Of a stretch of DNA of 64,000 nt, positions 54,480 through 64,000 are shown in pieces. Position numbers and translations under genes: made by a program. Below the pieces are notes generated by a model. The model ran no database searches. It was not told the origin of the DNA and was given only the letters and a program-made list of their open reading frames with translations. How positions within the stretch are numbered: the first letter of the stretch is position 1; the number at the start of each line of letters is the position of its first letter. The DNA comes from Syncephalis fuscata S228 (lineage: Eukaryota; Fungi; Zoopagomycota): positions 1 to 64,000 of the forward strand of contig JAHLTZ010000030.1 of NCBI GenBank assembly GCA_025786725.1, written 5' to 3'.

Positions 54480-55769
54480 GTTGGTATAATCACAATACCA
54501 CATCACCAACGGTGCTGATCTGTTTTATAATCACTGTTTGCATATTGTTACACTTTTTATTTGCTTGTTTTTTTTATTTGACGTTTAAAATGTACAAAAA
54601 AATACATTCTGACGTTTATTTCACTGTTTATAATCTTTTTTAATTTTTTTTCATTGCTACAACAGTATGTACTTTAAATGGTGATTAGCTTTTCTTTTCC
54701 ATTTCTATTGCATCTTATCAACATGGCATCGTTGTTTGCTTTTAAATAAATAGTTTATATCGGTGATTATAGTTGCAAATATGCAGTGTTTTAATTATTG
54801 TCTAGCTATTTTGGTATATTAATATAACTTATAATATAATGAACTCGATTTGGTTTTATTTTACGTTAACTCCCACATTTGAGTCAAAGCAAAATTTGTT
54901 TCAATAGAAGTCATACTGTTATGCACAACAAGCATAGGTATAATGTTCATTACTACTTTGCAATTCACAGGGCCTATCATTTTTGCTGTTGGCTATGCGT
55001 AGAAAGATTGATCGAATATTAATAGAAGCCTTATGGCTGCAATTCCATGGCATTCCGCATTTGCTGTTGTTATATCTACGTACAGTGTGGATTATTGCAT
55101 CTGAGTGGTCTTTTTTATTTTCTAATATTCTAATATTGCATTTTGAGCATATTTGCGATGTAAAATCAATATTAATATAATTATTATAAATGTTGTTTAT
55201 TAAACAGCTACTTCCCTTATAGCTAATCTGACTAAGTAAAAGACATTTTGAACAATTAATATCCTAATTATAATATATATATATATGTTAAAGTAATAAT
55301 AAAGATAACTAATTAATTACATTATTGTATTGATAATTACACATGAATCAATTAATGTTGGATGTAATATTATACATGTTATAGTAATGAGTAAATGTTT
55401 AATTGTATTTAAAAGTAAAGGAGTGAAGTAAGTAAATATAAATGTAGGAATCAACATACAATAACTTATATATACTAATTAATAGACTCATGTAATTTAG
55501 TGTCAAAAGACCAAAATTGACATCCTTTACTTGATTGAACTACACATTTGTTGTTCTATTAAACATGGTGATAAATGGCGAGTGACATTAAATAATCAAA
55601 TTGTAATGCTTTGAATACTTTATAACAATAATAATATGGATCAACATTTATTTATTGCTATAATTTATTTATTAGTTATACTATAATAATAAATCACAAT
55701 AGTTATTGATATAATATTACTCACCGCTCATTATGATTATATATATTAACATGCACTAGGATATAGTCT

Positions 55770-56180
55770 GTATGCCATCAAAGCTGTTATATACTTTGAT
55801 TTGCTTAGATTGCTAACATAGTCATTGCACTGACTGCTGTATATGACGAATGTGGTGACCAAATGCTACTAAACTCGCTGCATGCTTTGGTTTGCCATAG
55901 ATCACCACTGCAGTTGTTTTAAAAGTAGTAGTAGATTGCACTTTTAGTACGGCCACTGAATAACATTTCAGTACCATACAGTGCGATCTACTACTGTCGC
56001 TACTGTATATGCTATTACCAGCACGATCTATAGTGGCAATCTATAGCAAATCAAGGCATAAGTAGCTTTGGCAGCATATGGTCGCTACATTCGTCGTACT
56101 GGCAGTTGTGCATATACAATAGCGTAATCTGCAATAATCCATAGCATAAACAAAGTATACAACGAGATTCACAGCATATG
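55770..56180. repeat. Foldback (long imperfect inverted repeat) built from ~85-90-bp subunits; truncated copies at 23944-24262 and 63444-63762
   Basis: 55826-55912 pairs with 56029-56113. Inner agtagtagattgcact pairs with agtgcgatctactact, and actgaa pairs with ttcagt. Confidence 0.75.
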
Positions 56181-56947
56181 CTCAAAATAACATAAAACAA
56201 GCAGGATGCATTACTGTCAATAAAGCTGCCAAAAGCAACGATCAGAGCAAGGAAAGTGATTTGCAAAAAAGGTCAGATTACAAAAGAGCAATGCAAGTAC
56301 ATAGTGTAAAGGTGTTTGTACATAACTAGTAGTCAGTCAACTACTGACACTATTTAATATACATATGAGTGTACAAGTATATGCAATGGATATATGCATC
56401 AAGTGTGAAGAAAGAGAAAGGAAATGTGATGACGTAGATTGTGAGATGTGAGCCTGTCAGTCAATATTTATAAACAGCCGAGTTTAATTCATTAATAAAT
56501 GAGTGTGAAATAATAAAAGTCAATCTACCCAACATGTCGATACATCATAGAATAGATTAATAGTAAATGAATAAATGCATTGAGAATAAAAGCCATTTGA
56601 CACCAAAACTACTCATTATCATAGAACATATACTCAGTATATTAAAAGATCAATTAAATATAATAAAAGTCATTTACACCCAAAAACACTCATTATCATA
56701 GGTGTTTGTCAGTATAATAGCGAATGCATTAAAGAATAAAAGTTAATTAATACTAAAAGTCAGTGTAGTACAATACATATCAACGGTTACTACATTATAA
56801 AGATGAACAATGGCTTACATATTAAATAGAATAAAAATAATAGTATTTATTTATAATATATAAGTAATTAATGTACATACAAGATGAGACAACTATGCAG
56901 TATGATTAGTATTGTGATTTGTATAATTGTTAGTAAGTACTTACCTT

Positions 56948-59322
56948 TTATTTAGCATTCTTTTTGCTAAAACGGACCTTGCGAGGTGGCAGACTCCCTT
57001 TGTTTTTGACGCACAATGTCTTGTATTTGGAATAACGGATGCGTTTTGGACTGCGGGTTGGAGGACTAGGTGCTATATGCCGCCGTGTTCCTGTTACCCG
57101 TGGTGGCGATACACGTGCTGGTGCTGGTGCAACAGCTACTGCTGGCGTGACCGGTGGAGCTGTTACCGGTGTAGTAGCTGTTGCTGTTGGTGGTGGAGCT
57201 GTTACTGGTGTAGTAGCTGTTGGTGGTGGTGGCTGTAATGCTGGTGGTGGAGGTGGAGGTGGAGGCGGTGGTGCTGGTGCTGATCCATTGTTGAACCAAG
57301 AACAGTTCAATGCCTGGGCGACGGTATACCGTGTGGTACTATCTAGATCTAGTAATCCTTCCATCAATTGAATGGCTGCAGTGTATTAGTTAATGTTAAT
57401 AAAAAATATATAACTTACCTTGATTACTTAACCCGTTGATTCTTCCCCGGCCAAATGTGGGCGGATTCTGTAGTATACGCCTCATATACATAGATTGGGT
57501 CTTTACTATGCTATATGGGCAGCGTCCTAATTAACAGTATTAAACAGTTAGTATTTGCTTTTGTTTTTGTTTGCACTTACCCAGTAACATCGTATGGAGC
57601 GTTGCTCCCAAGCCCCACATATCGGCGGGCTTTCCATACCCCTTAGCATTCAACAATGCTGAAGGTAGCCGATCTTTGGCCCCAGGCATGCTTTTGATGA
57701 TATCCTCCATATTCTCCCGCCTATTAGTTCCCAAAAGCACCTCAGGTGCCATGTAGGCAACTGTGCCGCAAAAAGTGGTCACAGTTAGTGAAGGAGGGAG
57801 AATGCATGCCATCCCAAAGTCTGTAAATACGACTCTGGGACCCCCCTGGCCACCAAACAACAGCATGTTGTCGGGCTATTTAAATGTTAGCAATAATTAC
57901 AAATATTTAATAAATACTTACTTTGATATCTAAATAACAATAGTAATAATAGTAATAATAGTAATAATAGTGATTAGTGATTATATTAATTAATAGGTTA
58001 ATGTATTTACCACGATGAATGATATTCATGCTATGAAGGTGCTAATAAAATGTTAGTATTTTAATTAATGTTTTATACTAGTACTTACTTGAATACCTTC
58101 AAGCAGCTGTTTAAAGATATATTTTGCTTCCATCTCTGGAAGTGGGGCTTTTGAGACGATGTGATTAATTAGATCACCGCCTGTTGCGTACTCAAGAGAC
58201 AAGTACGTGTTCAGGGCGGTGACCGTACCATCTAAAAAGCCTATTACGCCAGGGTGATTACCCACCGCACGTAATGTGGCGACTTCATTATTGAAGCTTT
58301 TAAGGCCGCTTTCTTTTGATGATACTTTGACCGCAACACGTTCGCCTGTGCTGCGGTCAAATCCCATGTAGACTTGGCCAAAAGCGCCCCTATTATAAAT
58401 AATTAATAGCTAATTAGTTAGTTTAATCTATTACTTACTCTCCAATGGGCTTATCAACAAGCATGAACTTCTGGTTGATTTTCTATAACATTAATAAAAT
58501 AATATTAGCAATATTTAAATATAATTGTAGACTTACCTTTTCGTACTCTTTGCTGTCTTCTATTTTTACAGGCTTATAACGTTTAATGATGTAGATATTA
58601 AACGTTACTGCCACGCATAATTAGAAATAATCATAAATAATCACTTGTCACCTACTATTGTGGCCAGGTATTGTGACAACACAATCGCCGGCAACTCTTC
58701 TTGATCCGATAGCACCCAATTCAATGCCATTAACTAAAATAATTGTTAGTATAATAATTACTATTACTTGCTTAAACTAACCCATTAAAACATCTAGTTC
58801 AATGTTCTAAATCACTAGTTAGTATTAATAATGTTAAATGCCCATTTACTTACTTTGAATGTAATAAAACCATTCGACTATAATAATTCATAATTAGTAC
58901 CCGTTTATCAATGCAAATATTATACTTACTACTAAAAATTTAAAGCATTTGGCTGGCACGGAGTTTGTAGCTAAAGGGCAGTTGCTATTTAAAATGCTTA
59001 TAATGTTAAATTATTGTTTTATCTATTATCTTATATACTTACCAGCCTCCACCAGCTCCAACGGTGTAGTTTCTATTTTTTATTAACAGAATTTCTAAAT
59101 AAACACTAGTTAGATATATTTATACTTAGTATTGTTTAACTTACTTTTAGATCCTGCTTCATGGATTCTAGCCCATGCAATGGTGTTAGCACGCATGGGC
59201 ATAGACAGAGTGTTCCAGATTTCCGGAACGTTATAAAACATCAAATCCTCATCACTTAGAAGATTTAATGGCTGTTGAACAGCAACAGCAGCTGGAGCAG
59301 TTGGGGCGGAAGTAGAAGACAT
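56948..59322 (-). CDS. FHA-like domain + CAMK-group Ser/Thr kinase (Chk2/Dun1/Mek1-type architecture) with Pro-rich, basic tail; 14 exons, intact
   Basis: Spliced in frame: YTVG..C and LMVNG..GDCVVTI (FHA-like), GEGAFGQV, VAVK, HRDIKPDN, DFG, CGTVAYMAPE, DMWGLG, RYTVAQAL. Confidence 0.9.
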
Positions 59323-59464
59323 TTTTATAAAATATGAAATAAAAATGAGTAAATGGGTAAATTTCAAGTTGAAAGTTATGAACTGGAAGTAGAGCTGTAG
59401 AAAAAGTAAGGTAAACAATTATGTATTGCTCTTTCGTTTATTTAAATATTTACAGCATTATAGT

Positions 59465-60008
59465 AGCAATTAATGTTGAAGCCAATGCCACAATTGCAAT
59501 CAGTATTCTAAGAATCATCAGAATGCAAATCAGCGTGGAAGGCAATACAGCAATGCCAACTGATATTCTAAAAGGTATAATACCAATCAGTATTCTAGGA
59601 AATATTGTAATGCCAACTAGCATTGGATGCAATGTCACAACACCAACCATTATTCTAGGAAGCATTGCAATGCAAATCAGTATTGAAGACAAAGTTACAG
59701 TGCCAACCAGTATTTTTAAAATAGCACAATGTAAATCAGTATGGAAGGCAACATCACAATGTAATTTTTTATTCTAAAAATATTACAATGTCAATCAGTA
59801 CTGGATGCAATGTTAGAATGCCAACCAGTGCTGAAGACAGTGTTATGTTGCCAACCAGTATAGAAAGCATTGCCACAATGTAAATCAATATTTTAGAAAA
59901 TATTGCAATGTAAATCATTATTGGCTGCAATGCTACAATGCCAACCAGTATTCTAAGAAATAGTACAATGCCAACCAGTATTGAAGGTGATACAAGAATA
60001 ACAATGTA
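59465..60008. repeat. 30-bp minisatellite upstream of kinase copy 2
   Basis: Same array as 27545-28090. Confidence 0.85.
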
Positions 60009-60789
60009 GGCAAACAATGCTTTTAAAAGACACAAAAAGCCCATGTGGATAAATGGTTTATTTTTAGTGTAGCAAACAGGCAAATTACTAGCCAACAATC
60101 AAAGCGCCAACCGCAGCAAATAAAGAAACAGCTACAAATAAACCATTGATGCCATTGAATGCTACAACACAAAGAAAAGACTAACAGCGTGCTGCAGACT
60201 TTATAGTGACAGTGAAATAAGGGCATTGTTTTGCATGATGCATAGTAGCATCAAAGTATTGTTCTTAAATGGTGCAGAATGGCATCAGATTATTGGTTCC
60301 AGGTGATGCAAGTGGCAGCAAACTATTGTTCTTGAATACCATTTTGCGTCATTGTATTGCTACAATATTGCAAATAATGGCAATGACAGCAGAACATTGT
60401 TCCTAGATAACACAAAATGGCATATCATTGATACAGTCATCCAAATACACAGTTTATTTGTTTAAAAATAGAACATTTGGAGCAATGCTTTGTCTTATTC
60501 AAAATATGGCATTCTATGGCCATAAGCTGAACTAGAAACTATACCGGGAACTGGGTAATTAGCTTTTATCGCCTTTGTATGCTGTAGGCTAAACGAAGTC
60601 TATCTAGAAGAACGGCCATACATATAATAATTAACACTTGTAAACATATTTTAGCAAGCTGAAAAGAATATGCTTTTATTTATCAACATCTTAAACCATC
60701 TTATACACCAGTTCAAGTAGTTCTGTACAAATAGATTGGTAAAATAAATAGTAAAATAAATAAATATAACATTTTTGCAAACATCAACC

Positions 60790-63360
60790 ATTTAGTATGA
60801 TTTAATGACCAAATGACTACATCTAATAACATTTGTTTTATTGAATATGAAAATGGGTGGTAAATCATGCCAGGGTCCATAATACTCAGCATCGTAGATC
60901 AATTATCCAGTATGCATATATCCTCCATCCATTTATATCATTTCCATTGTATATCCATACAACTATATACTATTCTATGATATACAGACAATATATATTG
61001 TTATATATATTAAATCGTTTTATTGCTTAATAAATAATATAGCTTCAATGTTGCTATTTATACTTTCTCACTGTATATTTATGATATTCTATAACTGTAT
61101 AATACATTAGATATGCGCTAGCTAAAACTGCTGTTCATTTGACACTATTTTGTTATTTATAAATATCAACTCATTTATTTTATTAAATCACTAGCAATAC
61201 AATTGCGATGTTGTTATTCATTCATATGCTTATCATTTTGCTATAGAATAGACATAAACTGTTAATAAAATATTTATTGCTACCTGTATTTATAATTGAC
61301 ATGGAAGCACACTTCAGTATAGCTGGATGGACAATCGAGTCAACCGACTGGTGCAGGTATGATTGTTTTGTGGACAAGTGTAGAATAAAAAAGAGACTAT
61401 CATCTGATCTAGTGGTGAAATGGCATCCGTGCACCAAAATGGTCCAGCCAGGCGCAATACACCAATAAGCAGTCGCCATGTACTCTACCAATATTGTCCA
61501 TTCTAATTGGTGGATATATTTTGGAATAAGCTTATAAGGCTGTGCTGAGCGTACTTTTGCTCATTACTTCGCTTTCTCTTGTTTCTGGTTGTTAATATGC
61601 TGTAAACTGCTTGTTAATGGAAGCATCTGTTCTAGTAGCTATATCCAGTGGTGAGTGGTCTCCTTGTTGGTTGATCACGATATACTGCGTTATGCATTTG
61701 AGCTGTGTTGAATGTAGAATACAATAGTGCAGACTACTGTGTTATACTAGCTCAGCAACTATATGGTTGCCTGTACTAGGCAGCTGTATACTGGCATAGT
61801 GCGGAGATATGTGGGATAACAGGGTGTGCAGTACTGTGTTTAGCAAGTCAGTATTGTTGTGCACTCCCCTCATGTTGATGCGGCGACCCGTATGGGTGGT
61901 CATATGTTAGTGCTCACTTGTATTGACCGTGCACTGGAGGTGGTTTGATAGCCTTCAACTTGCTGATACTATCATTGCACACTGGACTGGTGTGATATGT
62001 GGCTTATTCGTAATGTTTGCCATGCATTACACTGTTTACTTGTGGGTGTTGTTAAACGATTTGTATAGCACTGGCTGTCATACTGTTTGATTTCTCGACT
62101 GCTTTATACGAAAATTAATTTGACTGACCGAAGGTCCTCTGCAATGGCGACTGAGATAAAACGGCATCTTTACCGTTGATTATATTGTAGAGAAGGCTAG
62201 TTGCTATATAAAATCATTTAATGACATATCAGTATATGGCTATGTGCTGTTTAGTTGTAATATGTTGTGGTGTTCATGTGTTCAGCTCTAGACATCAACT
62301 ACAAATGGGTGAATCCATAGTTTGGTGCAGCTTATTGCTACGCTTGAATTGCCATGGCATCTTGTAACATTTATTGAACAGCATTGCCATCAAGATAGCA
62401 GCTAATATAGAGCTGTACGCATCCGACAAATGTTACTTACGCCCAAGTCGTAGTATTGCCGGTACTCCAGGTGGACGTATAGTTGCTATATTAGCTGCTA
62501 TCTTGTTTAACAACTTTTAACAACATTTCTAGTTTATTTGTATAACAAATAACAACAATACACAAACAACTACACTCGTGTACACTATAAACTATACGCA
62601 AGGAACAATCAACTAGATGTAGGTGCTTATTACTACTAAACAATACTAACGCACTTTTATTATAGCTATTCGAGCATTGGCGCTGGATCAACAAGTATAT
62701 CTGAACTGCATTTGTTATCGGGCACAAATATTTTGCATGCAACTTACAATACCAACTATAGAATTCGTTGGCACAAGCATCGACAACAATACTGTATACT
62801 GTCATTGGTACTATTGTTTGGGCTAGATTCTAAATGAAACATATACCCATTTGGTTTATATTACCCAACACTAACTGGCATTGCTATTGCGCATCTGCTA
62901 AATGCTTTGGTTTGATTGAAGTGGTGGTAATAAAGAGGGAGGTGGTGGGCATTACACATATATTACATTGAAATGGTAGATTTAATAAAGAAGCGCATGA
63001 GGTGTTTGCTGAATCAACATAACACTGTGACTCCATTACTAGTTTGTCTAATGTTGTGCTTATTATGTTTATTAAAACTAAAATACTGGTACATGTATTC
63101 AATTAAAGTCACTGATACTTGAATGGCTAGATTACAAGTAGCTACATTCAATACTGCATCTACACCAACTATTTTAATAATAGTGCCAATGATTTATTTA
63201 TTGCTGTCTTATTTATTGCCATTTAACATGATCCAGTGGTCAAATGGCTGCATTTAATAGCATCTAATCTATTGAACATGCTAGTTGATGGTGAATGACA
63301 TCAATCATCAAATACTCATCATTGTAGATTCATTATCCAATATGTATATATTCAGTATAC
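60790..63360 (+). mobile_element. Cassette A copy 5 bounded by direct TIR modules (60790, 63221)
   Basis: Near-identical to the other four copies. Confidence 0.88.
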
Positions 63361-64000
63361 ATATAGAATTTCTATTATATACTCAGACTAGCATATATTA
63401 TTCTATCTTTGGGAAGTTATTAGTGCATAGCAGTACAATCATCATGCTACTAAACTCGCTGCATGCTTTGGTTTGCCATAGATCACCACTGCAGTTGTTT
63501 TAAAAGTAGTAGTAGATTGCACTTTTAGTACGGCCACTGAATAACATTTCAGTACCATCAGTGCGATCTACTACTGTCGCTACTGTATATGCTATTACCA
63601 GCACGATCTATAGTGGCGATCTATAGCAAATCAAGGCATACAGTAGCTTTGGCAGCATATGGTCGCTACATTCGTCGTACTGGCAGTTGTGCATATACAA
63701 TAGCGTAATCTGCAATAATCCATAGCATAAACAAAGTATACAACGAGATTTCACAGCATATGCTCAAAACAACATAAAACAAGCTAGGATTGCATTTACT
63801 GTGTCAATAAAGCTGCCAAAAGCAACGATCAGAGCAAGGAAAGTGATTTGCAAAAAAGGTCAGATTACAAAAGAGCAATGCAAGTACATAGTGTAGAAGG
63901 TGTTTGTACATAACTAGTAGTCAGTCAACTACTGACACTATTTAGATGGTATATATGGAGTGTACAAGTATATGCAATGGATATATGCTGTCAAGTGTGA
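63361..64000 (+). repeat. Start of a third cassette B, cut by the window edge
   Basis: Matches ~23860-24500 and, from 63444, 55863-56408. Confidence 0.88.

Noticed and set aside
56051-56266. Signal-peptide-like, Cys-rich ORF (QITFLALIVAFGSFID..) as a secreted effector in cassette B
   Set aside because: There is no in-frame ATG, the frame is not preserved in the 24.3-kb and 63.8-kb copies, and it overlaps the foldback arm. It could be a decayed gene but I cannot support it.

Overview
AT-rich, gene-dense eukaryotic DNA with many short (~50-60 nt) GT-AG introns. It looks like an early-diverging fungus; a Zoopagomycota/Syncephalis-like origin is only a guess. Recognisable housekeeping genes: DUF4050 protein, GDA1 nucleoside diphosphatase, BMT2 rRNA methyltransferase, monoglyceride lipase, aldo-keto reductase, SUZ-domain protein, SRP receptor alpha, SREK1IP1-like zinc knuckle, SAM-type mitochondrial carrier and a PPR-like protein. 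Two things stand out. (1) A modular repeat system built on one ~130-180 bp module, present about 17 times. The module acts as the inverted ends of small MITE-like elements and also as a direct-repeat separator between two cassettes: a 2.4-kb non-coding cassette A (5 copies) and a 5.1-kb cassette B carrying a 14-exon FHA-like + Ser/Thr kinase gene (2 full copies plus the start of a third). The kinase copies are near-identical in the catalytic domain but sharply divergent in the FHA loops. Two cassette-A copies form a ~2.8-kb near-perfect inverted repeat around the SRP receptor gene. (2) Three adjacent Q-rich genes (6.5-17.9 kb) share an unrecognised ~125-aa helical domain with conserved intron positions and a conserved C-terminal motif, and look like an undescribed paralogue family. 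All gene models and alignments were read by eye, so boundaries of degenerate repeats are approximate.
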